Shown piece after piece: positions 1 to 12,990 of a stretch of 64,000 bases of DNA; position 1 is the stretch's first letter; the number at the start of each line of letters is the position of its first letter. Position numbers and translations under genes: made by a program. This DNA comes from Octopus sinensis (lineage: Eukaryota). Location of the stretch: assembly GCF_006345805.1 (NCBI RefSeq), contig NC_043015.1, positions 51,832,001 to 51,896,000 on the forward strand. Direction: 5' to 3'. Below the pieces are notes generated by a model, which did not search any database, was not told where the DNA came from, and saw only the letters and a list, made by a program, of their open reading frames with translations.

Positions 1-158
1 TACATATATACATTCATGTACAAACTCACACATTTATATAAACCCCTGAACATAAATGCACGCATACATGATTGCGTATATACATATACATCAACAGAGA
101 GTACATATTTGGTACGTGCACTGAATGGTGGGGAACCCTACTGCTAAACACAACTCAC

Positions 159-294
159 AAAAACCAAACCCATAAATTCAAGACGACAGTATTTTTTCCA
201 GTATCCCTGTATGCTATAAGTAAACTCAACAGTCCCATGGCTATATTTTAATAATTCGTTCATCATCTCAATTATAATGTAACATCTTGTTTTC
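159..294 (-). CDS. Candidate internal exon of an unidentified host gene
   Basis: Minus strand: pyrimidine-rich acceptor (ttgtcgtttttctcgtatatttttag|G at 294) and GTGAGT donor (158-153). Only one of three frames is open (KTRCYIIIEMMNELLKYSHGTVEFTYSIQGYWKKYCRLEFMGLVF). No recognisable homology. Confidence 0.3.
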
Positions 295-544
295 CTAAAA
301 ATATACGAGAAAAACGACAACAATATAGTTTTATATATCGTTTCATACATGCGTTGACAATTAAGCTAGGTGTATGTGTCTATGTTACGATGGAAGCATA
401 GAAAAACCAAAGTTAAGACTAATTGGAATTCATGATGCATTCATCCACGTCTCTGCAGATAAGGCCTTAAGCAGAGCCGCTTCATTTCTTGTTTCTCACT
501 TCGCATACATTTCTTTGCCAGAATATCCGTCCTTATTTAAACAT

Positions 545-632
545 CATATATATATAGTAATACATATATATATGTATATATATATATATATATATAGATA
601 TATATATATAGTATATTATCTTATATAATATA

Positions 633-674
<42 letters not shown>

Positions 675-1159
675 TATATATATATAATAACTATATATAT
701 ATATATATATAATATATATATAAAAATATATATATATATACCTACACACATAATTATATATATATACACACACATATATATTCATGCACGCACATGTATA
801 TGCAGTTATATATACACATATATATACATGTATATACACATATATATATATGTATGTATATATATAGTATATATATATATCTGTATAAATATATGCACAT
901 AAATATGTTATGTGTGTGTATGGCTACTACAAACATATATCGTATGCAAATATGTATATCATGTATGAATTCACACAAGTATACACATACACACACACAG
1001 ACACACCCGTATATATATAGAGAGAGAGAGAAAGAGAGAGACCCACACGTTATATCATACATGTGTATATTTTATATATACATTTATAGATCCATCCATC
1101 ATATGATATATGCATATATGTAAAATATATATGTATAGATATGCATTATATATATATAC

Positions 1160-1210
<51 letters not shown>
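545..1210. repeat. Compound (TA)n/(CA)n/(GA)n/(TG)n microsatellite
   Basis: Directly visible dinucleotide runs. Confidence 0.95.
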
Positions 1211-1212
<2 letters not shown>

Positions 1213-2029
1213 TGTGTTCGTGTGCGAACGCTCTTACGCACACTTTTATATAGATATTTTTTCAGCTTCTGGTTGCCTTCAACTAAAATCCTAATTAAAC
1301 AAAGGTCACGGTGTTACAGATGATAATTAATTTAAATATTTTATGTAAATATTTTCGCTTTTACGCAAGAGACTAGATGCGCGAATAATTGAAAGAGAAA
1401 CGTGAAAGCACAAATGATTTTAATCCTGTGAGAATGTACGTGTCAAAAATAGCTTCACATAGCTTAAAAAGAGGCTGTGAATTGGAACGAACTTCGAGAT
1501 AAGACATTTTTCTGTCTTAACGAAGACAAAAACGGAAAAAACCATCGACATTGTTCTTGTTCGTTTTAATAGTCTAGGTCGTGGATATAGCTTGTGTTTT
1601 TTTCTTTTATTGTCAAAGTGTCGTCATTCCTCAATTCCAATTAATACATATCGTAGTCATGTGGAAAGATTGAAATGGATTCTGAGGCGAATATGCGAAT
1701 GTCTACTCTTGTTTATATCACGCAACACTTTGTGAGTTGTCGTCGTAAACAGCAATGACTTGTGTAGTCGGAATGTCCATCTGAAGCAACTTCGCAAACA
1801 AAGTTGAGTGCCTTGTTTATCGTTTCTTCACATATGTTGATTTACTTTTATTTGCTGTGAATCTACTTACTATGCGCTGACTGGTGAAGGGGACAAGAAA
1901 TGTCTACAAGTAAGCAGCTGTTGTTTTTTTTTGTTCCAATCTTTGATTATTACATCTGGGCGATAACTGATATTTCCGTGTCAGCTTAAACATGCACAAC
2001 CCAGATGATTGTGGACTGGTCGTTGTCAT

Positions 2030-2841
2030 GTATCTTGTATGGCATGTGTTTTTACCATTTTTACCGTTCTGCACGCACTCGTTTAGAGACCAACATGTGG
2101 AGTTATGTCGAACTGCTACTGTCACGTGTCAGACATATCCTTCTGTCGGCTGAGTGTGTAGTGATGATCGCCCTGCCGCCCTCCTTCAATCGGGCAGGTA
2201 AGGTAGTTTTCCTTCGCCTGGTGGCTGTGGCGAAACATGTTGTTTGGTGGACAAAGCTGAAAGACATGAGGACGGATACATTCTTATTTGGTAGAGCTCT
2301 CATTAACTTCTTCAAGTTTCAATTGAAAAGAAAATTAGGGTGGAGTGGAAAGTGCTGCCTTCGAGTGAGTTTATTGAAAGGTGGCTGGTTAAAATTTGCG
2401 AGAATGGCAAGAGTGGATGGTACCTCTCTATGGGTAGACCTGTGAATCGGAGAGAAGGAATTGGAGAGGACATTTGCTCCTGGGGTTTCAGGGAAATCTC
2501 GGACAATAGGGTTCCTCGATTATCCCTACAGGCCATACTGTACCAGGAGGGTCACATATCTATCATCCTCTCGCAGTACAGACCTGTAAATCGGAGAGAA
2601 GGAATTGGAGAGGGCACTTGTTCTTGGTGTTTAGGGAAATCTCGGACAGTGTAGTTCCTCAATATTTCCTAGAGGCCCTCATAATACAGGAGGGCCACAT
2701 CTCTTTCATCCTCCTCGCATTTTTAAAAACGTATGTATTTTATGTATATGTCCCTTCTTTTTTATCATTTCATTATATTTATATATTTATATCTGTCTTT
2801 GCATTGTCGTCCTCAACCATCACTCTTGCGCCAAATAAACG

Positions 2842-2888
<47 letters not shown>
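2030..2888 (+). mobile_element. 5'-truncated Tx1/L1-like LINE: ORF2 C-terminus, 3' UTR and (CAT)n tail
   Basis: Translation LVAVAKHVVWWTKLK...GRALINFFKFQLKRK is homologous to LVAMVKECVWWTRAK...GQSLINFLKYHLKRK at 23100-23230 in the RT-bearing element. Ends gccaaataaacgaaat followed by (CAT)n. Confidence 0.8.
2438..2721 (+). repeat. Two diverged ~143-bp tandem repeats in the LINE 3' UTR
   Basis: gacctgt(g/a)aatcggagagaaggaattggagagg...caggaggg(t/c)cacat occurs at 2438 and 2581. Confidence 0.9.
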
Positions 2889-3044
2889 TTTCGTGCACAT
2901 CCGTTACGGAATTCAACTTAGTCAAATATTGTGACAGCCAACTGTCTAGTTATTTAATTTTTTCTCTCTTTAGCCCTCATATCCAGCCCGCCGTCATGCT
3001 GTTTTTGGCACTGACAATTGCTTTCAAATTTGTTTCTTTGTCAG

Positions 3045-3355
<311 letters not shown>

Positions 3356-3359
3356 CAAA

Positions 3360-3525
3360 TTTTGGCACAAGGTAAGTAGGGGAATGGGGCTAAGCCGACA
3401 TCATCGACTCCAGAGCTCAACTGGTACTTACTCTATCGATCCCGAAGAGACGAAATGCAAGATCGTCCTCGACGTCATTTGAACTCAGAACGCTAACACG
3501 GACGAAATGCCACTAAGCATTTTCC
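3360..3525 (-). mobile_element. tRNA-derived SINE family B (diverged)
   Basis: Matches copies at 16220-16670 and 54136-54373 (actggtactta..tatcga.cccgaa...atttgaactcagaacg). Confidence 0.8.
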
Positions 3526-4667
3526 TGTTCCTGTTGTTGATATCGTCATTACTGATTTAGTTGCTGTGGCTTTTGGGGACTTGTTATCGGCAGTAAGATG
3601 GTTCTATGTTTCAATGTCTTCTTTTGGAGGCAGAAATTTCTCAAGTGACGGGCCTTCATACACAGGTGGAATTGTGGGTTTGTACCGTCAATCGTAGCAT
3701 GCAGTTCCCCTCGCTTCCGAAATGCGAATGAGGTCTAGGATCATGGAGGTCATATCTGGTTTAAAGTGGAGAAGCACCTCCACACTGATCCCAGTCTAAT
3801 GTTACGATAGGTCCGCTTCACCTCCTGGAGGATGTTACTCCCTTCCAAAACGATACACTCTAAAATCCACCATAAATTTAACTGTGATGAAATTTCTGAG
3901 ATCTTATCCTCATTCTCTTCTTTTCTAAATACGATGTGCGGAGCATATACTTTGCGCTGCAACAAGGAACCACGATGTGTTTGACAGCCATATTTTCAGT
4001 AATGGAGAACACGAAATGCTTGCAAACTGACTTGTTTTGCGATATGCTGAACGTCGGGCATTATTTCTTCGTGTTTATAGTTACACATTTACATATTACA
4101 GTTCTTTAATGTGCTTCTGCCAACATCCCATCGGAGATGGCAATGTCCGTGCTTTCTTCAGCCCAATTAGTTTGTCCACTTAGGCTAGACATATATCTAT
4201 CTGTAGGAAATTCATCCTGTATACCTCTGTGCCTTTCGCAGGCGTTGCTGAGACTGTATTGTAGTTGTTATTGTTGTTGATATCGTTCTTATTCACACTG
4301 GAAAAATTGTTGCCTTTTAAATTGCCGAGACCACTGTTTTTTTTTTTTCTCTCATAATTTTTGTTGTTACAATGATGATAGTTGTGTGTATGTTAAGGGT
4401 AGGGGAAGAGTAGATATTGACCGCGCTCTGTTCTTGATTGATGTCTTTGGTATTGTCTTATCTATTCAGGGAGAATCAGCTTAATAATTGGAATGAAATT
4501 TCTTCGCTACGTTTTCGTCATTGCTGCTGCTGCTGTTTTTTTTTATCATAGTTAGTGCGTTCCACGGTACTTTGAACTTTGTGAGCACTTGCCTCCCTTT
4601 CTATTTGAGTGTAGAAGGCGCAGGGCTCTACCGCGTCTTGCAAGTGACTATCACCACTGCCTCTTAC

Positions 4668-4706
4668 TTCCTCCTCCTTGTCACTTAGGAGAACGGATGT
4701 CGCCAT
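4668..4706 (-). CDS. Candidate first coding exon or uORF (MATSVLLSDKEEE)
   Basis: aaacATGGCG start context, 13 codons, then GAA|GTAAGA donor. Lies in non-repetitive, CpG-containing sequence. Confidence 0.25.
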
Positions 4707-4929
4707 GTTTGTTTTCAAAATTATATTTTTTTTCAAATCAAAATGAAAATATTCATTTCGGATTTGAGTTCCAAAAAAGGGGTACAAATAAACACACCGA
4801 CCACACCTATGCTACGGCAGTGGGTTCGACAAACGTTTTGTAACAAAACAACCAATAAACAACTTTTGGAGACACAAATTAAAACGAAAAAAAGATTTAC
4901 GAGCAACAATACACACGTGCTTCCAGTAC

Positions 4930-5006
<77 letters not shown>

Positions 5007-5029
5007 GTAATAATAATAGTAATAATAAC

Positions 5030-5111
<82 letters not shown>

Positions 5112-5121
5112 TAATAATAAC

Positions 5122-5164
<43 letters not shown>

Positions 5165-5199
5165 GTAATAATAATAATAATAATAATAGTAATAATAAC

Positions 5200-5249
<50 letters not shown>

Positions 5250-5370
5250 CAACAATAACAACAACAACAATCACAGGAATGATTTCGTTCAAAACAAGAC
5301 AAAACAACACTAATAAAGAATCAAAGAATAACAATAACAAAACAACAACAATACTAACAACAATAATAAT
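4930..5370. repeat. (AAT)n/(AAC)n trinucleotide array
   Basis: Directly visible. Confidence 0.97.
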
Positions 5371-5774
5371 CTCCTTGTAGATATGTTAATATTTTCTTGT
5401 TTTTATATTATAATTATTGATCCATCAAGCACAAGAGCTCTCAACGTTTGACGCCTACTATGTGAAATTGCTTCGATGCGTAACAAAGATACGCTTCAAA
5501 GATCATCTCTTATTATCGATCAGTTTTGGGTGTAAGAGATGTCTTACTCTAGAGATAGCAAAATGGTAATTGGTTGTGATCGATATAGATGCTCTTAGAA
5601 AATGTGCGCTTGATATGGTACGCAATCAGGCGGTTGAGTCTATTGTGTGAGGACTATGCTGAGCGAATTCAAGTGTACTGTATTCTTTATATGAATATCT
5701 ATTTACCAACTAAGGCTAGATTCTTTCCGCGCTTTTCGACTTCATATTTTCGATTAAAAGTATTTAAACGCACG

Positions 5775-6110
<336 letters not shown>

Positions 6111-6144
6111 ACAAGTATATATAAATTTGCATATGTATTTGTAT

Positions 6145-6614
6145 AAGCGTAGGAGTGGCTGCGTGGTAAGTAGCTTGCTTACCAACCACATGATTCCGGA
6201 TTCAGACCCACGCATGGCACCTTGGGTAAGTGCTTTCTACTATGGGCAAGTGTCTTCTGCTATAGCCTCGGGCCGACCAAGGCCTTGTGAGTGGACTTGG
6301 TAGATGGAAACTGAAAGAAGCCCGTCCTATATATATATATATATATTATATATATAATATATATATATATACACATACATACATATCTGTGTGTGTATAT
6401 TTGAGTCTATGTCTGTATTTGCCCTCCACACCATTGCTTGACAACCGGTGTTATTGTGTTCCCGTCCCGCTAATGTAGCGGTTCGGCAAAAGATCTGATA
6501 AAATAAGTACAAGGCTTACAAAGAATAAGTCCTAGAGTCGAATTGTTCGACTAAAGTCAATGCTCCAACATTGCCGTATTCAAATGTCAGAAACACATAA
6601 AAAAATAAAAGAAT
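6145..6614 (+). mobile_element. tRNA-derived SINE family A (CORE-like motif, internal microsatellite, GTAAAAGA-type tail)
   Basis: A box tggctgcgtgg, B-box-like gattcagacc, ccttgggcaagt-like core, and 3' body shared with many copies in the window. Confidence 0.9.
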
Positions 6615-6621
6615 ATATAAA

Positions 6622-7236
6622 TTATTAGTTCTAAATCTCTCAACGAGAGACATTCGGTAACAGTACCTGAAAATAAACATTATTTGCCAACATAATATGG
6701 CAGTTACTGTTGGGATAAATGCTACTGATTGACCCCGTGTTAAACTCCCGTTTTCGAAAATATAAGGACACAGATAGTGTGTCGTATAGCCAGCTAGAGA
6801 CGATGTTTCATGTGGCTAAACAACAATAGCATTCATCCCAACCGGGACTGCCATATTATATAGGCAAGTAGTCTTTACTTTAAAGTATTGTTGCTGGATG
6901 TCTCTCGTTGAGAGGTTTAGAACTAATAATGTCTCTATTTAGTAGATCAGTGATTATGTATCATTTTGAAAACTATATATTTTCGAATGGAGATTTTAGC
7001 TTCGCCACCCTCTGCCGAGTGATTTTTCTGTGCTGAAGAACGGAAATATCCTTGAAACCGCGGTCCACAGATATTGCTCTGTGCTGGGGTGGGGATGCTA
7101 GTCTCCCCTATTCGGAAATATGACACAGATACTGTGTCGTATAGCCAGCTGGAGACGATGTTTCCTGGGATTAAACGACAGTAGCATTCATCCCAACAGC
7201 GACTGCCCTATTATATTGGCAAATAATCTTTACCCC
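6622..7236 (+). mobile_element. Non-autonomous HHR-containing element (Penelope pLTR or retrozyme-like) with inverted 5' segment
   Basis: Inverted repeat 6621-6725/6825-6930; direct repeat 6752-6878/7111-7232; HHR at 7027-7071; possible TSD ATATAAA (6615-6621, 7237-7243). Confidence 0.7.
7027..7071 (+). ncRNA. Type I hammerhead ribozyme
   Basis: TCTGTG-CTGAAGA-ACGGA(AATA)TCCTT-GAAA-CC(GC)GG-TC-CACAGA: 6-bp stem I, canonical core, stem II with one mismatch, palindromic stem III ACCGCGGT, GUC cleavage triplet. Confidence 0.8.
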
Positions 7237-7589
7237 ATATAAACGTCACTAAAGTGACAAGAATACAAAATGGTACCAGTGGTGCTAGAAATGATAGTCA
7301 AAATAACTTATTAGACACAAAAAGCATTATCTTAATAAGTAGAAGAAGGAAACAGAACTCCCTACTATAGTGAGCCAAAGCTCTCTAATGAAGAAGCAGA
7401 TATGCCCATATGTGATTTCGGATTCCTTCGTCGTGTTATTAAGATACTGCTTTTGGGGGCTATTAAGTCGTTTTGACACTTATTCCTAGCAATGCTCGTA
7501 CCTCTTGATAATCTTGTCACTTTATTGATGTTTATAAATTAGCCTTTAGGTTTTAATTGCTTATAAGACACCAACATTATTTATATATG

Positions 7590-7975
7590 TGCACAGAGTA
7601 GCTGTGTGGTAAAAAAATAAAGCTTGCTTCCGAACCACATGTTTCCGGCTTCAGTCACACTGCGTGGCACATTGGGCAAGTGTCTTCTGCTATAGCCTCG
7701 GGCCGACCAAAGCTATTGTGAGTAGATTTTGTTGACGGAAACTGAAAGAAGCCTCTGTGAGCGTGTGTGTGTTTGTTTGTTCCCCACCATCGCCTGACAA
7801 TCGATGTTGGTTTGTTTACATCCTCCGTAACATAGCGGTTCCGCAAGAGAGATCGCTAGAATTTATTACGCTTACAATGAATAAGTCCTGAGGTGGATTT
7901 ATTCGATTAAAGGCGGTACTCCAGCATGGCCGCAGTCAAATGAGTGAAACAAGTAAAAGAGTGAAAGGGTAAAAA
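7590..7975 (+). mobile_element. SINE family A
   Basis: Full-length match to the copy at 8040-8437. Confidence 0.9.
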
Positions 7976-8039
7976 GAAACATACTCATGTATATACATGT
8001 TTACGTTTGTACACGTATGTATACAAATGTATACAAATA

Positions 8040-8437
8040 GGCGCAGGAGTGGTTGTGTGGTAAGTAGCTTGCTTACCAATCACATGGTTGTGGGTTCAGT
8101 CCCACTGCGTGGCACCCTGGGCAAATGTCTTCTACTATAGCCTCGGGCTGACCAAATCCTTGTGAGTGGATTTGGTAGACGGAAACTGAAAGAAGCCCGT
8201 CGTATATATGTGTGTGTGTGTTTGTGTGTCTGTATTTCCCCCCCACCAACATCGCCTGACAACCGATGCTGGTGAGTTTATGTCCCCGTAACTTAGCAGT
8301 TCGGCAAAAGAGACCGATAGAATAAGTACTGGGCTTAGAAAGAATAAGTCCTGGGGTCGATTTGCTCGACTAAAGTCGGTGCTCCAGCATGGCCACAGTC
8401 TGAAACAAATAAAAGAGTAATAGAGTATAAAAGAGTA
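8040..8437 (+). mobile_element. SINE family A, near-consensus full-length copy
   Basis: ggcgcaggagtggttgtgtggt (A box), gggttcagtccc (B box), ccctgggcaaatgtcttc core, (TG)n insert, ends ccagcatggccacagtc...aaaagagta. Confidence 0.95.
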
Positions 8438-8708
8438 AATGTAGCGTAGTTTATGTCACTGATAGTTCAGAGTTTACTAAGATTCGTTGAGTAAGAAATA
8501 ACGCATCCTAAAACGATCAACGGGAAGCATTTTAAAATCGCCGATAACAAGCTGTTGGATATTTGTAACGATTAAAGGTCAGCACTCTGACCTTATCATT
8601 CTTTCGATTGAATTGCTATACTTTTTAACCTTTATTTCAGTTGATACTACGCTCTACATTAGAGAACCTCGACTCGATGCACTGCACGTTAGAATAAATC
8701 GCTTTACT

Positions 8709-8985
8709 TACCGTATTTGATGGCCTAGGCTATACTTTTGTAAAATAAATTACCACTAAAATAATGTTTTTAATTTCTTCACTTACCTGTATGATTTTAT
8801 GTTATTATCGGTAATTATAAGCAAAATTTATTGCATCCACATTCGATATAAACTTACCGTAGGCGATTATACACCAATAGATGGCAGGACACGTTTTGTA
8901 AACATACGTACCGTTTTGAGCGAGTTTTGATCCTACATTGAATGCATTGAACGCAGGGGCGTCTTATAGGACATCAAATACGGTA
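8709..8985. mobile_element. Tc1/mariner/pogo-type MITE
   Basis: Terminal inverted repeats (TIRs) taccgtatttgatggccta / taggacatcaaatacggta (18 of 19 match), with TA at both ends. Confidence 0.75.
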
Positions 8986-9144
8986 TACGTAAGTACCGCC
9001 GCCAGGGAGATACAAAGCATTAGTTTTGATACATAAACTAACGCCGTTTGCCCATCTCTGAATTTAATAGTTCAATAAATAAAGGAAGGGCATTTTTAAT
9101 TCTAATTTACCCCCTTAAATAAATATGTTAGCGATTCTTTTCTA

Positions 9145-9300
9145 CTCAGTGGTAAGAGAACTGCGTCCTGGTCACATGGTTTCGCATTTAATCCCACTCC
9201 TTGCTATCTTGGGCAAGTTGTCTTTTAGCTATAACCTTGGGTCGACGAAAGCCTTGTGAGTGGATTCGGTGGAAGAATATAAAAGAAACCCGATGTATAT
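9145..9300 (+). mobile_element. SINE family A 5' part (diverged)
   Basis: tcttgggcaagt...aaagccttgtgagtggatt motif. Confidence 0.75.
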
Positions 9301-9301
9301 A

Positions 9302-9893
9302 TACGAGATGTTATCAATAAGTATCCGGACTGTTGCCTCAGTAGCGAAGCTAAGGCACTCTGAGTGAAACCGCTTGGCAAAGATTGACATTAAGCTTTGT
9401 TGTTCTAGCTCATATCGCTGTTTCAGCAGTGCTTGGAAGTAAGGTGTGTAGCGTGTGATCGTCGCATTGACAATGACAGAGAATGTTGCCATGAAGATAC
9501 CAGCTCAGAGGCCAACACAAAGTTGGAGAAAGTGCATGGGAAGGAGTGTATGAGCCACACACAAGTGAACGAATGGTTCAGACGTTTTCAAGAAGGCTGA
9601 AAAGATATCGATATTGACGAACGTTCTGGGCGACTCGCAACCTGCAGAACTGAGAAAAACATCGCAGATGTGCGCGCAGCAGGGACGCGAAATCGTTGAA
9701 TCACCATCCATGAGTTATCAGAGGATTAGTTACGTTTCAGTTCAGTCCATTATCACTGAAGATTTCGATATGAGACGCGTGTCTGCCTTTTTTTTTGTGC
9801 CGAAACTGCTTTCAGCTAACCAAAGTGACACTCGGGTTTTAGTTGCACAAAATCTTTTTGATTGTGTCGAGAACGGTGAAAACTTATTGAAAA
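9302..9893 (+). mobile_element. Mariner transposon fragment (5' end and transposase N-terminus, degraded)
   Basis: Starts TACGAG. Frameshifted translation CMSHTQVNEWFRRF...DERSGR...VQSIITEDFDMRRVSA..FVPKLLS contains the mariner HTH region and a WVPxxL-like linker. DDD domain absent. Confidence 0.88.
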
Positions 9894-10142
9894 CATGTGT
9901 GTATGTGTGTGTGTATATATATATATATTATTTCTTTTATTCTGTCACTTGTTTCAGTCTCTGGACTTGCTTTTTATAAAGCCTAGTACTTATTCTATCG
10001 GACTCTTTTGTTGAACCGCTAAGTCACGGGAATGACAACGCACCTACACCGGTTTGAAGTGGTATGGGGGACAAACACGGACACAAAGAGAACATATATA
10101 CATACATAGATACATACACACATTCATACATACTTACATATT

Positions 10143-10337
10143 TGACCGGGTGTGTATCGTTGGCAATTGTTTTTCTGCGTCTTCCTTGGATCTTTCCTTT
10201 TCCTATGTTTCTGACGAAGAGCTTCGCTCGAAACGTTAAATCCTCCTTCTTTCTTTCCTCTCCTGAGCGTCCAATAACGCTATACTTGTTCCACATCCTC
10301 GCTTTGTTGTGTTTTCTCTTTGTGTTTTAATGTTTCG

Positions 10338-10340
<3 letters not shown>
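10143..10340 (+). mobile_element. Short HHR-containing element, family E
   Basis: Shares aagagc-N3/4-gctcgaaacgt and tcctgagcg motifs with 33175-33335, 42210-42495 and 44478-44670. Flanked by TA-rich repeats. Confidence 0.7.
10207..10241 (+). ncRNA. Minimal type I hammerhead ribozyme motif
   Basis: GTTT-CTGACGA-A-GAGC(TTC)GCTC-GAAA-CG-TT-AAAT. Palindromic AACGTT stem III is typical of dimer-acting Penelope-type HHRs; stem I is short. Confidence 0.65.
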
Positions 10341-10390
<50 letters not shown>

Positions 10391-10749
10391 TATGTATATA
10401 TATATATGTACATATACATATATATTTACGACGGGCTTCTTTCTCTTTACAACTAATAAATCCACTCACCCGGCATTGGTCAGCCCGAGACTAAATGAGA
10501 AGAAACTTGATGAAGGTGCCACGCAGTGGGACTGAACCCGAAATCAAGTGTTTAGGAAGCTATCTATCGCGATGATGGTAGATAACTAGATAGATAGCTA
10601 GCTATGTATATATCTGCGTGTACGTATGTATGCATGCATATATATATGCATGTATACACATATACATATACATACATATATATATATATACATGCGTATA
10701 TATATATGTGCATATATCTATATGTGCATACATCTATGTAGGCATGATT

Positions 10750-10945
10750 TTGTGTTTGTGGTTGTTCCCTACACACCATTGTTGGCTTAGTTAAGTCCCC
10801 CTAATTTAGCGGTTGGGCCAAAAGGACCGAGAGAAGATATAATAGGCTTTAAATAATAAAGTGCTGCGATCCATTTGTTCAACCTTCGAGGCGGTTCTCC
10901 AGCATGGCCGCAGTTGAATGACTGAAACAGGTTAAAAGTAGAAGG
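10750..10945 (+). mobile_element. SINE family A 3' half (diverged)
   Basis: ttagcggttgggccaaaaggaccga...ccagcatggccgcagttgaatgactgaaac. Confidence 0.8.
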
Positions 10946-11009
10946 CAATAGAGGCAACATAATGCTACTCCCCACACGACCACCAATATATGAAAGATGT
11001 TTCGTAACA

Positions 11010-11325
11010 GACTGGTAATCCGTCGGTTGCGACGATGACGATTGCATTTGATCCGATCACTGAAACACTCTACTCATGAAATTAATGTATAAGTGCCTGA
11101 GCACTCCACAGACACCTGTACCCTTAACGTAATTCCCGGGGTAGATTCAGCGTGACAGATAATGTGTCAAGACAGGCCCTTTCAATTAAAGGTACAACTC
11201 TTTTCTACCTAATGAGTAGACTGGAGCGATGGGAAATAAAGTGTCATGCTCAAAGACACAACGTATCGCCCGGTATCGAACTCACGGCCTTATGACTGCA
11301 AGCTGATTTCTTAACCACTAAGTCT
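11010..11325 (-). mobile_element. tRNA-derived SINE, distinct family (D)
   Basis: Minus strand: ttagtggttaag (A box), gagttcgatacc (B box), gttgtgtctttgagcatgacacttta core shared with 38656-38888, but a different 3' body. Confidence 0.7.
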
Positions 11326-11339
11326 TCACTCATATTTGA

Positions 11340-11504
11340 CTGTGGCTGGGTGGCAAGAAGCTTGCTTACTAACCACATAGTTTCGAGTTCAGTCCCACCG
11401 CGTGACACCTTGGGCAAGTGATTTCTACTATAGCCTCGGGCCGACCAAAGCCTTGTGAGTGGATTTGGTAGACGGAAACTGAAAAGAAGCCCGTCGCATA
11501 TATG

Positions 11505-11535
<31 letters not shown>

Positions 11536-11745
11536 TTGTCCACCCCACCCCCGCCCAGCATCGCTTTACAACCGATCTATTCATCTATCTATCTATCTAT
11601 CTATCTATCCATCTATCATATGACCGATAGAATAAGTACTAGGCCTCCAAAGAATAAGTCCCGGGGTCGATTTGCTCGACTAAAGACGGTGCTCCAGCAT
11701 GGCCGCAGTCAAATGACTGCAACAAGTAAAAGAGTAAAAGAGTAA
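11340..11745 (+). mobile_element. SINE family A (part of the 3' body replaced by (TATC)n)
   Basis: Head, core and tail match 8040-8437. Confidence 0.92.
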
Positions 11746-12229
11746 GTGTGAAACAAAAGACTAAGAATTTTGTCATCATACGATAGGGAAAAATCAAAGT
11801 TTTGTCGACACGTTATGTTTATATTACACAAAATATTAACGCAGATATAAAAACGATATTCTCTTTCTCTTGAATAATGATCAATAAATTGAATTGAATA
11901 TTCACAATCTAATTGCAATTATATTGCCTCATCTCGCTTCTCATCCACCGAAAGTAAACCTTATCACCAAACATCAAATGACGTTTCAATTCAGTGGTTT
12001 TCTATACCTTTACCCTTTATCGCGCTATTGAATATATAAGACTAATGTACCCTGGGTGAGTTAAAGTTCGATCCATTAGCTTCAATTTGAGATCCATTAA
12101 ATTAATTTTCCATATCCTTATCAAATATGTTTTACACGTAGTCAAAAAAAATTTTTACAGCGTTCCGATTTTCTTTAAAGTTTCAACTTAATTTACGTTT
12201 TCTTCTCATTAACGTCGAAAAATATTCTG

Positions 12230-12390
12230 ACAGGGCCGTGTGATTAAGACGGTTGCATTGGAGCCACGTAGTTCCAAAATTTGTTTTATTGCATAGCACC
12301 ACGACTAAGTGATTTTTACCATATCCGCGTGATGTCCAAATTCTTCTAAGAGAAGTCTGGTAGAAGGAGACTGTGTGGAAACCCCCCCCC
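12230..12390 (+). mobile_element. Highly decayed SINE family A head
   Basis: ggccgtgtgattaag...gtctggtagaaggagactgtgtggaaaccc resembles the family A 5' half. Confidence 0.45.
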
Positions 12391-12747
12391 CAGCTATATG
12401 TATGTATGTATGTATATAAGTATGTATGTTGTATGTATGTATGTATGTATGTATGTATGTATGTATGTATGTATGTGTGTATGTATGTATCTATCTATCT
12501 GTTTATCTATTTCCCTTTCTCTCTCTCTCCCTCCTCTCTCTCTATATATATATGCATAAATAGATAGAAAGAAAGGCAGATAAATAGATAGTTGAGAGTG
12601 TGTATATATATATATATATCTATCTATATATATATTTATATATATATGCGTGTGTGTGTGTCTGTGCACACATGTATGCATATATATATATATGTATATG
12701 CAAGTATGTATATATGAGTATATACATATATATGTGTGTGTGCGTGT

Positions 12748-12990
12748 GAGGGCGGAAAGACTACTGCCTAGGGTCTTGTACTCCTGATCCTGAACTCGTG
12801 GATTCAGTTCCTGGACCTGACGGTGCATTGTGGTCCTGTGCAAAGCCCTTCATCTCACTTTGCTCTGAGATCACATCGACATTTGGCCAATGGTAAATCT
12901 TGTACAGCACATAACTTTGTTCACAATAAATAATTCACTCGTGGAGGTCGTTCAGCAAAGGCTGAACATTCACACATCGGCCTCCACCCA
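12748..12990 (+). mobile_element. Decayed tRNA-derived SINE
   Basis: gattcagttcctggacc B-box-like motif followed by cattgtggtcctgtgcaaagcccttcatctcactttgctc, similar to the family C core. Confidence 0.5.

Larger units (their letters stand above)
9931..10562 (-). mobile_element. SINE family A interrupted by an HHR element
   Basis: 3' body at 9931-10090 and head at 10425-10562, both on the minus strand; foreign sequence 10143-10340 lies inside the internal microsatellite. Confidence 0.85.

Noticed and set aside
1871-1903. 33-nt minus-strand micro-exon (AG...GTAAGT)
   Set aside because: Acceptor lacks a polypyrimidine tract and the phase does not fit the exon candidate at 294-159.
8436-8662. 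Weak inverted repeat (aatgtagcgtagt / actacgctctacatt)
   Set aside because: Only short patches pair; the arms cannot be defined reliably.
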